64,000 nucleotides of DNA from positions 147,571,543-147,635,542 of the forward strand of contig NC_068984.1 in the NCBI RefSeq assembly GCF_001194135.2. Reading direction: 5' to 3'. A program made the translations under genes and the position numbers. Below are positions 38,504 through 53,356 of this stretch, in pieces. The notes under the pieces are model-generated. The model was not told the DNA's origin and made no database searches. It saw only the letters and a program-made list of their open reading frames with translations. The first letter of the stretch is position 1; every line of letters begins with the position of its first letter. The DNA comes from Octopus bimaculoides (Eukaryota).

Positions 38504-40839
38504 CACTACTACCACCACCACCACCACCACCATCCACTTTTTACACTCACAGTATCAAACAGACCATCAGATACTTACTGTATACTGCTGGTCCCAATGC
38601 ACTTCTAATTCTCTCTTGATTGCATCATTCCTTTCCATCTTGTCCCAAATCCCTTAAATTGTCTCCCCATCGTTGTGGAGGCCTTCCATGTGGTCTTGGA
38701 TGTCCCTCAGCATCTGTGCAGGTCCACTTTGCAAGATATTCAGCCCTGCAATCACATTGTTCAGTCTGCTGCGAAAAAACTGCTAAGAATTTCACTTTTT
38801 ATATAATTAGAGTAATTGTTGGTCAACCTCAGTGTGGTGCACAGACTTGCAAGAAATAGCAGCTGAATCTCTGTCAAATCATAGATTGGCAATGTAGGCA
38901 CTCGAGATAGAAGGCTCATGGCTAAAGCAACTTTGATCTCTTAGGACCAACCTGTTTGTTGTTGGCTTTTTTCTTTTTTCTCTCTACTTTTCTGGGGCTT
39001 CAAAAGATTTGTTTTTTTATGACAAGTCTATCCTAGTGTTTCTTCACTTCTATCATTGCAAAGACTGTCACCAAGGTTTCAAGGTCTTTCTTCCATTCCT
39101 CCTTCCCTCTCTCTCTCTCCTCTTCTTTCTCTTTCACCTCACTCTGTGTTCATTCATTCCCTGCCTCTTCCCTCTCCAATTTCTTACTCTCCATTCCTCC
39201 CTTTAATCAATTCTCCTGTTAAACTCTCATCAACCCCACACACAGCTGGCCTCCACTTCTCACCAATTTGTTGTCAGTCAGAGCTGCACCTTTTTCCAGA
39301 CATGTTTATTTCACTTTCTCTCTCCTATTTTTCTTTACATTAACATAACATCTGTATGCATGTTCATGTATTTACACACACACACATATACATATACGTT
39401 GGGCCCAGGGCTATAGTAGAAGACACTTGCCCAAGGAGGTACACTGTAGAACTGAGACCAAGACAACATGATTGGGAAGCAAACATCTTAACCACACTGC
39501 CACACCTGTGTCTATCAGTGTATTAAGTTTTTTTTGTGTGTGTGTGTGTGTGTGTCCACCCAAATTATATTTGTCTTTGGAATTGTTACTTGCTTGGATA
39601 CCCCATTGTTTACTCCACATAAAAGGGATGCTTGTGACAGTCATAATTATCCATTCCACCCTTCAGTTTTTTTTATTATTATTAAACATGTCAGGAGTAA
39701 CTAATAAACACACACATGCACACACACACACACACACTTCATCAATCTATCTGTTCCTATTTTTCTTTAGTGGACATCTATCTGACATGTACAAATACAA
39801 ACATAATGTACATACCAATCATCATCATCATCATCATGGAAAATGTGGGAAAATTGAAACAAAACAACTCCACAATCTTGCTTGTGCACACACACACAAT
39901 TGTTTTTTCCTCTCTCTCTTCTTATGAAGGCTAAAAAAAAAATGATGGAGGGGGTGGAATAGTTGATTACATTGACCCCCAGTGATCAACTGGTACTTAT
40001 TTTATCAAACCCCAAAGGATGAAAGGTACAGTCAACCTCAGCAGAATTTGAACTCAAAGTGTAAACGCAGATGAAATGCTACTCAGCATCTTGTCCAGCA
40101 TATGCTAACGATTCTGCCCACTTGATACCTTTTGGTGTTGCTGTAATAATAAAACACTTGAGTTGCCATAATACAGCAATCAGAGGAGGAGAGGAGTTGA
40201 GGTCTGTGCAAAGATTCAGGTGAATACTCAGGAGTTACTGCAATGTGTTGGGTCAAGGTGCATTGGAAATAACACAAGAGGGAAATATTTACAAGGAAAA
40301 AAAAAAAGAAACAAATATAGCCCCCCCCCCCCCTCATTGTTACGTATCCATCCACCTTCAACAGCTGAAGTGGTGAAGGCTGAAATGGCATGAAACTAGT
40401 GAAGTCAGTAGCAGCAGCAGCAACAATGTTGACAAGGATGAGAATGTTGCAGATTGTTTATAGTTAGTTTCTGAAAGAAAGAAAGAAAGTGCTTTTGTTA
40501 GATTAAAGACTTGCAAACATATATACACATACACATGGGGCCCTTTTAAAATAACCTTATTTTTGTTATGATGTACAGAGAAAATACACAGTGAAATATA
40601 AGACCCATGTTAAGAAAAGTAATTTCCTTTTTAGGGTCTCAAATGCAACAGTAAGTAGGAGGGGAACACAACTTTCCTTATTTTATGTATGTGTGAGTGG
40701 AGATATACATATGTGTGTGTGTGTGTGTGTGTGTATATACACACACATACACGCGCACGTAGAGATATATGTATGTGGGTGTGTATGAGTGTATGTATGT
40801 GTATATGTAAGTGCATGTATGTGTGTGTGTGTATATATA

Positions 40840-40876
<37 letters not shown>

Positions 40877-42084
40877 TTGTATAGTAGATATTTTATCTCT
40901 TTACATACTCAAGTCAGCTCACTAATTGCTCTGCTGACGAGTTTTAGTAAGAGTGGTGAGGTAAAGGCAGGAAGAGGGGTGGGCAATGCTATCATCTTCA
41001 TCATCATCATCATCCTCATCACCTCCTCCTCTTCTGGCTCACTGCCCCCTTCAAAAGACTGTATGGTTAACTTAGCTTTTACACATTTCTGCAAAAATGT
41101 TTTATTTGTAACTATAGAAGGCAATTATCTTCTAAAATTATTTTTCTCTCCCACTTTTCCTCCTCCTTCTCCCCACCTTTTTTCTTGTTTCTTTTTGTCA
41201 TTTTACCACTTTTGAGAAAAGGGGGAAAGAAAAAGGGGATAGTTGTATAATTAAAACACACGGTGTTACTTTTGCTGTTGTTGTTGTTACTGGTGCTGTA
41301 ACAGATAGAATGGAAAGCTTATCAGCAGGTCTCATTGGCTGACAATTTAATTTGATATAAAAACAAAACAAATCTAGAGGACAAGGAACAAGGGCAGTGA
41401 TTGCTGTAGGATTAATAGTAGTGGTGGTGGTGGTGGTATCAGAAGGGAACCAGAAATTCTTGACGCCAACTGTATGAAACTATTTGTTGCATCATTGCTA
41501 TGATTCCTTATTAACAACAATACTATTACCACTACTACTACTACTAATAATAATAATAATAATGCTTTCTATTATAGGCACAAGGCCTGAAATTTGGGGG
41601 AGGGGTATAGTCGATTACATCAACCTCAGTACCTGACGGGTATTTATTTTATTAACCCTGAAAGGATTAAAAGCAAAGTTGATCTCAGCAGGATTTCAGC
41701 CCAGAATGTAAAAAAAACCAAAAGAAATGACAGAAAGCATTTTGTCTCAAAGACAGCTCTTTCCATTTGACAATGGTGGTAATTCTTTGTATGTTGTTGT
41801 TGCCGTCTCCCTCTCTCTCTCTCTCCTTTTCCTGTACTTCCTTCAGGTTGGGTAGCCATGTATTTCCTTTGCAGTAGTACACCTGTTTCTGTCTTCATTC
41901 CTGATCTCTCTCTCTCTCTCGGGCCAGGTAACCTGGTACCTCCTCTACAGCAAGACACTCGTTTCTGTCTCTCTGGCCTCACTATAACCTTTCATCATCT
42001 GACACAAAATCACCTCCTCCAAAACCCCCTCCCCTCTCAAAAGAGTTGTTTTCTTTTTGTTTGTTTTTTTGTCTTGCAAGGTAC

Positions 42085-42587
42085 TTGGTGACCCCTGTCA
42101 GTGCAGGTGCCACTTAAAGAGCACCCAGTCCACACTGTGAAGTGGTTGGTGTTAGGAAGGGCATCCAGCTGTAAAAATCCTGCTAAAACAGTTAGAGAGG
42201 TCTGGTGCAGACTTCTGCCTGGCCAGCTCTTGTGAAACGTCCACCTTCCATGGAAGCTGGATGTTAAATGATGATGGTGATGATGTATATGTAGATATAT
42301 GTATGTATGTATGTATATGTGTGTGTGTGTGTGTGTGTGTATAGATCGGAAGAGNNNNNNNNNNATATATATGGTAAATTCCCAAAAATGAAAAGCAAAC
42401 AAAAAAAAATGCAAGGACGTAGTACATGAAAAGTATTAGCAGATGCTCAGGGAAGGAAAGAAAGATGGTTTAACGTTTTGAGCAGATGCTCTTCTTCAGA
42501 AACAGGAAAATCCAAAAGAAAAGGCAGAGGAAGAAAATTGCCAATGATTCACATGTGGTTACATTTTGAATATATATGTATATGTAG

Positions 42588-42622
<35 letters not shown>

Positions 42623-42950
42623 AACATGTGTATATATATGTATGTAGGTATATATATATGCATATATAGATATGTGTGTGTCGTCATCATCACCACCATT
42701 TAATGTCCGTTTTCCATGCTGACATGGGTTGGACGGTTTGACTGAAGTCTGGAGAGCCAGTGGCTGCACCAGGCTCCTATCTGATCTGGCAGAGTTTCTA
42801 CAGCTGGATGCCTTTCCTAACGCCAAGCACTCCGCGAGTGTAGTGGGTGCTTTTTATGTGCCACCGACACGGGAGCCAGTCAGTTGGTACTGGCAATGGC
42901 CACGTTTGGATGGTGCTTTTTACATTCCACTGGCACAGGAGCCAGTCAGG
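42085..42950. mobile_element. RTE-LINE tails (42085-42290 on +, 42680-42950 on -) flanking microsatellites
   Basis: Tail consensus present in both orientations. Confidence 0.7.
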
Positions 42951-42974
42951 CAACAAATACCTAACATACATATA

Positions 42975-43275
42975 AGTGCAGGTACCAACCACATGGTTCC
43001 GGGTTCAGTCCCACTGCATGGCACCTTGGGGAAGTGTCTTCTACTACAGCCTCAGGCTGGCCAAAGCCTTGTGAGTGTACTTGGTAGAAGGAGACTGAAA
43101 GAAGCCCATTGTATATATGTGTGTGTCGTGGAAAGAGAATTCCAACTGCAGCAGTTTTACTTCACATCTGTTAATAATCATCATTGGCAAAAGAAACCGA
43201 TAGAATAAGTTCTGGGGTTGATTAGTCCGACTAAAGGTGGTGCTCCAGCATGGCTGCAAATGACTGAAACAAAAG
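42975..43275 (+). mobile_element. SINE copy (same family)
   Basis: CCAACCACATGGTTCCGGGTTCAGTCCCACTG...AAGAAGCCC. Confidence 0.78.
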
Positions 43276-44169
43276 AGTATACAAAAAAAAAAAAAGATAA
43301 CTGGTTATATTTATCTGAAGTCACCGCCACCACCACAAACCAATTAGTGAAGAGATATTTATATTACTATATATAATAAACTAATTTTAACTATCATGTT
43401 TGCCCCCGTCTCCATCCTCACACATCAATGGAGTGTCATGTACATTGTGTCATGTTACAACATCATCTGATAACTCTGATCTACTCGGTACCATTTGGTG
43501 ACCCTGTAAGAAACCCTCATCTAGTTTTCTTTTCATGTGGTGGATATGTTATATCAGAGTATCTGTTGCAGGATCTGTGTGTGTGTGTGTGTGTCTCTGT
43601 CTGAATGTGTATGTTTCAGCTCATACTCTACATGAAATGCGATATATATCATTTGATAACTTTCAAGTTCCTTATTGTGCTGTGGATGTTTGGTGGGGGA
43701 GGTATATTGGAAATATGACTGTACTTAAATATTATCTTCTCTGAGAAATTTTTTTTTTTATTAGACTTCTGCATATTACTTTATCAATTCGTATTTAGTT
43801 TTGAACAATATTATTCAGAGGTCCATCTATATTTCTAGCCTTTCTCTTAGAAGAAATCTTTTTAAACTGGACAGAAATCATGGGAATGATGTGTTAATGA
43901 CAATAACATCAACACAAACGTTGAAACCACATTTCAGTCCATTAGGAAGCAGGGATGTATTTCAGGGGCTGATTTTCTGTGAGTGTTTTTGCTCAAAGTT
44001 ATCTTTCATTCTCTTAGGGTTGAATTTATTTTCTTTTTTTATTTTGTAAATGGAACTCTGTCATCACTGAAGTGAGTTTCAGCAGAACACAATGTTTCTA
44101 GTTCAATGTTTTATGGTGTCATCTCATGTGAGAACTCAGACCTCTTTCGGATTTGCAGATCCAGTTGTT

Positions 44170-44600
44170 GCCATATTAAATGGCTAGACTCATTCCATCT
44201 TCACTGTATTCATACAATTTGCAACATCAAATGGCAGGCCAGTGTCTCTAACACAGGCTCTTTCAAGATGTGACATTCTAGGCATAGGGAGTCCCTACTA
44301 AAGTGAAACCGAGATGGGTTGGCCATGCAGTATGAATGAAAGACACTCACTTACCTAAAGCCCCCTTTTATGGTCAGTTCAGCTCTGATGCGAGGCACTA
44401 AGGTTGCCCACTGCAGTTATAAGGACGTGCTCTAAAGATTTACTTGAAAATCTACAATATAAAACTGAACACATGCAAATTGCTAGCACTGAGTAGAGCT
44501 CAGTGCAGTGAAGTGCTTGCTATAAAGCCGTCTCTACCTTTGAAGCAACCAAGAGCAACGTCCTAATGGAGAGAAAAGGCCAGAGCTGGATCCATTCTAC
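44170..44600 (+). mobile_element. Highly degenerate RTE/BovB-like LINE ORF2 C-terminal fragment
   Basis: FHLHCIHTICNIKWQ..VSNT, GLAM, LKPPFYGQ and AVSTFE resemble FHxRCLRxIxxIKWQDxVxN...WAGHV...PKxxFYGEL. Confidence 0.6.
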
Positions 44601-45249
44601 TTCCAAACTATCATGGAGACAGTGACAAACTTTGCTGCTGTATTATTGTTCTAAAATAAAGACAAAAAGACGACTAATATTAAGATAGGTGGCCCTCAAT
44701 GGAAAAATGGGAAGACAGCTGTGTTTTCAATGACATGTTTGGTGTAAAACATCTTTACCATGTGTGTGTGTGTGTGTGTGTGTATAGAATATCTGCTTCT
44801 TCTTGCTTGCATGGATTGTAAATTTTCTAAAGCTCGATAATCTTCCTGTGGCCAACCTTTGTCCCTTTCCAGATGACTCTTTCACTTTGTTACACATATT
44901 TAAAGTTGGTGATCCACTTCTTTGCACTGTTTATGAAGCTAGGGACATAATCATTAAAATAGAGATGCTAGCATGTGATCTATTCAATTATCTTATTTAC
45001 ATGATACAGATATGTGACCTGATGATTTCATTATAAATGTATGAGGTACATGGATGTTTGCTTGCCTTCTTGGAGGAGGGGATCATCTTGTATATGGAAG
45101 GGGATTTCCAGTAGACACTCACTCACTCCATACACACATTCACACACACACACACATTATATTATGCATATTAATAATCAATTTTCCTGTTTGCATCACC
45201 ACCAAACTTATAAATACACACACACACACACACACACATACATACATAC

Positions 45250-45293
<44 letters not shown>

Positions 45294-46417
45294 TTTTATT
45301 TGTATCAGACTGCAGCCATGCCGGAGCACCGTCTTTTAGTTGAACAAATTGACCCCAAGATTTATTCTTTGTAGGCCTGGTACTTATTCTCTCAGTCTCT
45401 TTTGCTGAACCACTAAGTTAGTGACATAGACACACCAACATCAGTTATCAAGTTATGGTGGGGGAACAAACACAAAGACACCTACATCCATGTGTGTGTG
45501 TGTGTGCATACACACAAAATCGAATAATATTTTGCCTTGTCTAAATACGGTTATTCCATTACACTATTTTTTTTCCTGTTTATCTTTGTGAGGTAGAGAG
45601 AAAGATGGATGTGTTAGATGACTCTTGTCATCTTTTCCTTTCTGCTTGGAGACAGGGAAAATGGAGAGAAGCTAGCTAAGATATCATTTGATAGCGATGG
45701 CAACAATGATTTGATAACTTTGATGTCAGTTTTGTCTTATCTCTGAGAGCAAGAAACAAATAGACAATCCAACAGACATTAATTTACTTCTTTACTTTTT
45801 GTAGTTCTACTCCTTTCTATGCAATCTTTATCTTGTTAGATTTTTTTGATGTTGGTTTGCACGAGAGAAGTCTTCAGTACAATATCTCAATCACATCTGC
45901 CTTCACTTGTAAGGCCAAATATTTATTGAGGAAGACCTCTGTTCCAAGGTCTTCCTATTATTGTGCAATGTTCCAAATTACTCTTTCTGGCTCCTCTTGT
46001 AATTTTGTTGGTTCTATTCCTTATTAACTGTGTGGTAAACTGTTTGCTTCTTAACCACATGGTTTCAGCTTCAGTGCTCTGCTTGGCACAAGACAAGTGT
46101 CTCAAAGAAATTATCTTACTTGGGGAAATGTGAGGGTTAGCAACATAAAAGGCATCCAGCTGTAGAAAATCTGCTTTACTAAACACTTCCCAACTCATAT
46201 AAGCATGGATAAAGTGAATGGTAAATGATGCAATGATATATACTGATTGTTGTGCTAACTCACCCTCTCCTCCTCCCATCCTTAACACACTGTAAATTTC
46301 TGTACTGTTTTTATTTATTTATTTTTTTTTTTTGTTTAACTAAATGTTCCACTTTTGTACAGCTCCCAACATCTTGGAACCTGTCGCTAATACAAAAATT
46401 GTCTCTTTCTGCTATTG

Positions 46418-46466
<49 letters not shown>

Positions 46467-46651
46467 AAAACGATGGAATGTCAAGAATGGTAGTTTGGGA
46501 TAAAATCTTATTTTCATAATTCTTTTAAATTCTGTAAATGTTGACTTTGTTGTCTTTCATCTTTGATTTAAAAAAACCCCCACTGTATTCCCCGCCCCCT
46601 TGTCCCACTATCAAAATATGTGGTCCCTGTATGAATGTATCATCAGGGTGG

Positions 46652-46699
46652 AGAATGGTAGAATGGTAGAATGGTAGAATGGTAGAATGGTAGAATGGT
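46652..46699. repeat. Octamer tandem repeat (AGAATGGT)x6
   Basis: Directly visible. Confidence 0.95.
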
Positions 46700-47681
46700 A
46701 AGTTCAGTAGAGCACCAAGCTGCCAGGTTGTATATAGTAACAGTTGTTCACAATCTGGGGTCTCTTCCCCCTCAGGTCACTGTTCACTATTTTTAGTGTT
46801 TTAGGGTTACTAAAATATGTAAGGGTCATGCACGAGATTGATATATAACTATTATAGCCCTTCTTCTCACCCAATAAAATGTGTGGTTCTGTACTGTTCC
46901 TGTGAAAGTTGTCGGGGTAGAGTTCTCAGTTGCCTTATCCATATTTTACACTTTTATGCTAGATTCCTAAGTGGGACCAACTCAAACTATGAACCATCCA
47001 ACCATCACATTCTTGTTCTAACCCTAGATCTCCTGCCATTCAGCCTGGTTTGAAGAATTTATCTTGTGATTCTTTCCTGCAAAATATAGGAGCTGTGACC
47101 TCTCAGTGCAGAGAAATAATGGCTTATCCTGGAGAACACCCTTGATCTCTGAGCTTTATACCCTGTCAAGTAATGCCATTCCAGAGATCCTTCAGATGCA
47201 CCCCATTCTGGTCCCTTGTATTCACAATGATAGGGGAGGAGCAACACGGAAACTAAATTGAAAATAGCAAGTGTGTGACTGTGTTAGAATTTCTTATCAT
47301 GAAGATAGCAATTAATATGGCAAGTACGTTATCAACGTGACAGTGATAAAAAAAAAAAAACCAAAAAATGTCCTTTAACTTCCATCAATAGAATTTGAGA
47401 CTAGTTTTAGATCTGGCATCCAACCATTTCTGTCACTACAGCATGATGATGAGGTTGATAATAACGACAATGGATTCAAGTTTTGGCACAAGGCCAGTAA
47501 GTTTGGAGAAGGGGGTGTTGATTACATCGACCCCAGTGATCAACTGGTATTTAATTTATTGACCCTGAAAGGATGAAAGGCAAAGTCAACCTTGGAAGAA
47601 TTTGAACTCAGTACATAAAGATGAACAAAATGCTGCAAAGCATTCTGTCTGATGTGCTAACAATTCTGCCATCTTGCCACC

Positions 47682-47724
<43 letters not shown>

Positions 47725-48179
47725 TAGTTGTTGCTGTGTCATTATTAAATCTGCAACAGATGCAGTCTGTTTTAACGAGATAATTTGTTGGCAGCTGAAA
47801 GGATAAAAAAAAATCTGTTAACGAGGAAGGTGAAGGGATATGTGTGAGGTGCAGTTACAGTATATTCCCAACTATTATTTTTGAATTTTTTTTTTTAAAA
47901 GCTCTAACAAGAACAGCATGATGAATAATAAAACTAAGGAGCCAGAAGGGAAAAGATAATAACGATTTCATGCATTAGCACAGCCCCCCCCCCCCTCTGC
48001 TCTAATTGTAACGTTTGACTGTGCAGTTGATTCGGTTGGCTCCAGTACATGATTATTGCTTATTTGTTTACGGACTGGTGTGAGGATGAGCAATGAGAGA
48101 AGTCAACCCCAGCCAGATTTCACCCTGTTAGGTTTCAAATACATGACATAATGCAGTAACAACTATATACATCTTTTAT

Positions 48180-48520
48180 CTTGTTTCAGTCATTAAACTG
48201 TGGCCATGCTGGGGCATCACCTTGACTTTAATCAAATGAATTTTTTTTCTTTTCTAAAGCCTGGTACATATTCTATCAGTCTTATTTGCCAAACAGTTAA
48301 GGCACGGAGATATATATATATACACATGCATACGATGGGCTTCTTTCAGTTTCCATCTACCAAATCCACTCATAAGGCTTTGGTCAACCCAAGGCTTTGG
48401 TCAACCCAAGGCTTTGGTCAACCCAAGGCTATGGTAAAGACACTTGCCCAAGGTGCCATGCAACTGGACTGAACCCAGAATCATGTGGTTTGGAAATAAG
48501 CTTCTTACCACACACAGCCA
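48180..48520 (-). mobile_element. SINE copy, antisense, with an internal 17-bp triplication (AGGCTTTGGTCAACCCA x3)
   Basis: Reverse complement of the family consensus; tandem triplication at about 48375-48427. Confidence 0.8.
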
Positions 48521-50003
48521 CATTGCTATCATTTCTGCCAGTCTGTCATCTGAATATCAATTAATAACAGCAAAAATTTCTTTTAATTACCACGGGAACA
48601 TTGGAGGATAGGGACCCGTTACCTCATTTCATCAGTTCATACTATTTTATGCTTGATTTTTACTTGAGGGACAGCTTGCACCCTGGGCAAAGCTAAAACT
48701 TCGGAAAGGGAAAAGATTTTGTATCAAGATTTCACTCCATGGTTTGGGCGCAAGTCATCTTTACCATTTAATGTGCATTTTCCATGCTGGCATGGAGTGG
48801 GTGGTTTGACTGGAGCTGGTAAGGCCAGGGGCCACATCAAGCTCCATTCTCTGTTCTGACATGGTTTCTATGGGTGGATTCCCTTCTTAATGCCAACCAC
48901 TTGTTTGCCTTCTTTTCTATTCTCATGGCTTTCCTTTCCCATCTAATGTTGGTACTCTGCAGGGGTGGGAGGTAAAGTCTATCCTGACAGGGATTTGAAC
49001 TCAGAATTTTAATGTTGAAACTCAAAAGTAAATAAATCCTCCAGAACATATTTTTCTGTTCTTCTGTTAAAACAAACAACTTTCTCTTCACACTACCATC
49101 TCCTCCTTCAGACAGAGGCCTGCGCTAATATATGCATGAATTTTCCCACCACTTTACAAGTTTTCTGAGTTTCCAACTTCCCTAACTTACAAAGGGAAGA
49201 AGGATCCCTACCCCTACTTTTTTTATTTTTTCATAATGTATAAACTGTCTATGCCGCATGTGGGTTTACAATAGTACATAAGTGTGTGTGTGTGTGTGGT
49301 GCATAGGTATGAGAGTTTACAATAGTGAGTGTGAAGAACCAGTAATCTCTACCCTCATCTTTCACACACACACACACTCTGCCCTTGATTTCTTCCTATG
49401 ACTATTACTGTTGTTATATCATTAGACAGCCAGAGGACCATCTGTAGAGAAGTGTTTTCTTGCTCATAAGCTGCAAAGATGGGAGGAATGCCTTTTTTTT
49501 TTTTTTTCCCCCCCTTTTTCTCCTCTTTGCCTGTTTACATGTGTGTGTGTAAGTTCCCCATCCCCATTACAACATGCTTCTCTCTCTCTCCTCACTTAGC
49601 TATAGCAGAGGAGGGCAAGCATCTCAAATAGCAGTGCCCAAATAAGTTCCTCTAAACCCCATCATTTAACAAGAACAAGATACTCCAACTACAGCGTTTG
49701 GTGCACACCTCACAACAAATCACAACAAATCAGATGCAATAAAAAAGCTTCTCAGGTTCTTCTAATTTTATTATTGTTATTAAAACGGCAAAACCTGGCA
49801 AAATGTTTAGGGGTATTTCGTCCCTCTTTATGTTTTGAGTTCAAATTATGCTGTGGTTCACTTTGCCTTTCATCCTCTCAGGGTTGGTAAAATAGATTCC
49901 AGTTGCATACTGGGCTTGATGTAATTAACTTACTTGCTCCCCCCCCTCCAAAAAAAATTACTGGCCTTGTGCCAAAATTTGAAACCATTATTATTTTATT
50001 ATT

Positions 50004-52455
50004 GTGATTTGTCTCAGGTTCAGTCTTATTCCTTGTAGGATTTACATGGGTGGCGGGTTACTATCTGTAACCTTGGGTACCCACAAGTTTTCAGCAGTCT
50101 TTCAAGTGCTTAGAACCTTCCCGATAATCCTTGCTATCTCTAAGAGATAAACTTCTTGTAAGAGCTCTACCAGGCAGTCTATTTCAGTCTCCTTCAGTCG
50201 TTTGTCTATATCTTGGTATACTGTTCCCAATGCACCAATTATTATAGGTACAACCTTTACTGTTCACAATGCTCTAAATTTTAAGGGATTGTATTTTTTT
50301 GTTTTTCTTCCTCTTTCTTTGTGGTCCTGGAATCAAACAGGTATGATGGGTTGATAAGTAAATAACTTTGCTTTTCCTTATCTATAATTGTTAAGTCTAG
50401 TCTATTATTTTCTAACTTCTTGTCCGTTTTAATAGGAAAGTCCCACAAAATCTTACATTTCTCCTACTCTAGTACTCTTGCAACTCATGTGTTTCCAGCT
50501 TTAAATCTCCAATTTTGGTACAGTTTCCTGCGTAAAACTTTTACAACCTGGTCATGCCTCCATTCCTTATATTCTTCCTATGCCCACTTGGAGCATTCTG
50601 TCACAAAGTGTGCCACTGTCTCGTTCCAAGTTCCACGGGCTCTACATTTTTCTGGCACGTTCTCTCCATGTATATTTTTTCTCAAGTTGTTTGTTTTTAT
50701 CGCTTGATCTTGGGATGCTATGATTAGGCTCCCTGTTTCTTTTTTTAACCAAGCTCAGGATTTTGTTCCACATACATCTTCAGTGACTCTCCAAAATTGG
50801 CCATGAAGAGGTTTCTGTCTGATGTGCTCTCTTTGTATTTCGCTCTTGTCCTTTTCTCCTATTACATGCGTCAATTGTCTGTATTTAGTTTTTCTCTGCT
50901 GCTCTGTAAATACTCTACTAGACTTTCTCTTTCCATCTGCCCACATTCTTCTACTTCTATTAAGCCCCTTCCACCCTGGTCTCTCCTCAAGTACAGCCGG
51001 TTGATATCAGCTTTTGGATAGTGGGTTCCATACATCAACAACTTTCTAGTTTTTCTGTCAAGTTTCTTTATATCATTTCTGGTCCAGTCTATAATTCCAA
51101 CTCTATATCTGATTAAAGGTATTGCTTCAATAAGATTTTTGGAATTCAGTTTGGACTGCAATAATTTTCTTACTCTCCTTGTGAACTCCCTACTGGTAAT
51201 TTCATCATTTTTTATCTCGTCTGCTTCCAGTATTCCCAAGTATTTATACCACTGTCCTTTCTCAATTGCCCTCATTATTTTGCCATTTGGCATTTCACTT
51301 TCTTGATTTCTTTCAAATCTTCCTTGTTTCATTTTCAATATAATGCATTTTTCTATCCCAAATTCCATAACTACGTCATTTGAGAAAATGCGGATAGTAT
51401 GTAGAAGACTTTCAAGTTGTTTCTCATTTTCCACATAAATCTTTATATCATCCATGAAAAGGAGAGGATTATTTATCTGACCATTTCCTTTTCCCAAATT
51501 GTAAGCTATTTTGACTTTACGTAGTATCGTAGTGAGCAGTGTCAGGGCCAATATGAATAGTAATGGAGATAAGCTATCACCTTAGAATATTCCCCATCTA
51601 ATGTTCACTTTTCCGAATTTTTGTTTCCCTCCGATTAATTCATTATTCCAATGTTTCATACTTTCATTAAGCATTTTCTCCATGTTTTTTGTTATTCCAA
51701 ACATGCTCATTGTTTTACTTATCCAACTGCATGGTACCATGTCATTTGCCTTATTGTAATCTAGCCATGCTATATTCAGTCCTTTCAATCTGTGTATCAT
51801 CAATTTCTAATTATCATTTTATCAACCGATGAGTGATTTTTTTGTTGCCCTACTTTGTTTCTTGCATCCTTTCTGTTCTTCTGTTACTTTCCAGATGGTT
51901 GTATAAATCTGCCGATACACCGGTCATAAGCTTCCATGTTCTCTTTCAAGGGATTGTTGAAGCATAGCAGCGTTCGCTTGTCATCCAGGCAGGGACATGA
52001 CCTTCCTGCAGGCAGTCATCCAGCGATCCTTTCATGCAACTCTGTCAAGTTCTTCAGCTAAGAGGCTTGCACTCCATTCGGGCATTGTCCTTTCCAATTT
52101 GCTATTTTTTAAAAACTTCTCTCTCACTGTATAGAGATTAATTCTGACGTCTCTTTGTCTTGGTACAGTTGCAAGTTTTCTTCCCACCTTTGTTCGCTGT
52201 TCTGTGCTTTCTATATGTCTCATCGGCCTGTTCCACAGCCTTCTCCAAAAATTCTTTACTTTCTTCCGCATCTGGAATCAGTTCCTGGTGTTGGCCTCCC
52301 TCTTTCTCCCTCAAATAGACACCTTCTATTTGATTGGAACAGTCTATTCTGTTCCCAGCCTTTGCATCTTGCATCATATATTTTCAATTTGGCCTTTTAT
52401 GCTGGTCCCTTTACGTCAGTTCTTTCTGTACTGTTTGTTTTTCCTCATTCATTAA
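50004..52455 (-). mobile_element. R4/Dong-clade non-LTR retrotransposon, 5'-truncated and degenerate (RT, zinc knuckle, restriction-like endonuclease region)
   Basis: Minus-strand peptides PDAEESKEF, WKLMTG...EEQKGC, AWLDYNKANDMVP, LLFMDDIKIY, YKYLGILE, LYLRRDQGGRGL, HGQFWR, QDQAI; 3' end at degenerate (TAA)n near 49988-50003. Confidence 0.88.
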
Positions 52456-53356
52456 TCAACTTATCCCCTCCCCTGAAATTGCTGGCTTTGTGCTAAAATT
52501 TGAAATCATCATCGTCGTCATTATTAAGGCAGCAGACTGCCTAACATTTCTTTCAGCTGGTTATGACTGGAATNNNNNNNNNNNNNNNNNNNNNNNNNNN
52601 NNNNNNNNNNNNNNNNNNNNNNNNNNNNNNNNNNNNNNNNNNNNNNNNNNNNNNNNNNNNNNNNNNNNNNNNNNNNNNNNNNNNNNNNNNNNNNNNNNNN
52701 NNNNNNNNNNNNNNNNNNNNNNNNNNNNNNNNNNNNNNNNNNNNNNNNNNNNNNNNNNNNNNNNNNNNNNNNNNNNNNNNNNNNNNNNNNNNNNNNNNNN
52801 NNNNNNNNNNNNNNNNNNNNNNNNNNNNNNNNNNNNNNNNNNNNNNNNNNNNNNNNNNNNNNNNNNNNNNNNNNNNNNNNNNNNNNNNNNNNNNNNNNNN
52901 NNNNNNNNNNNNNNNNNNNNNNNNNNNNNNNNNNNNNNNNNNNNNNNNNNNNNNNNNNNNNNNNNNNNNNNNNNNNNNNNNNNNNNNNNNNNNNNNNNNN
53001 NNNNNNNNNNNNNNNNNNNNNNNNNNNNNNNNNNNNNNNNNNNNNNNNNNNNNNNNNNNNNNNNNNNNNNNNNNNNNNNNNNNNNNNNNNNNNNNNNNNN
53101 NNNNNNNNNNNNNNNNNNNNNNNNNNNNNNNNNNNNNNNNNNNNNNNNNNNNNNNNNNNNNNNNNNNNNNNNNNNNNNNNNNNNNNNNNNNNNNNNNNNN
53201 NNNNNNNNNNNNNNNNNNNNNNNNNNNNNNNNNNNNNNNNNNNNNNNNNNNNNNNNNNNNNNNNNNNNNNNNNNNNNNNNNNNNNNNNNNNNNNNNNNNN
53301 NNNNNNNNNNNNNNNNNNNNNNNNNNNNNNNNNNNNNNNNNNNNNNNNNNNNNNNN

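Noticed and set aside
41845-41900. Reading GWVAMYFLCSSTPVSVFI resembles CAP GWVTL/NTPVSYI, suggesting a duplicated exon
   Set aside because: It sits in a repeat-derived block adjoining an RTE tail (similar text near 3290-3400), and similarity does not extend; likely coincidence.
43801-44049. ORF with RRNLFKLDRNHGNDV, vaguely like the WH2 segment RSALFAELNKGEDV
   Set aside because: Spacing is wrong, there is no preceding proline tract, and no phase-compatible splice sites were found.
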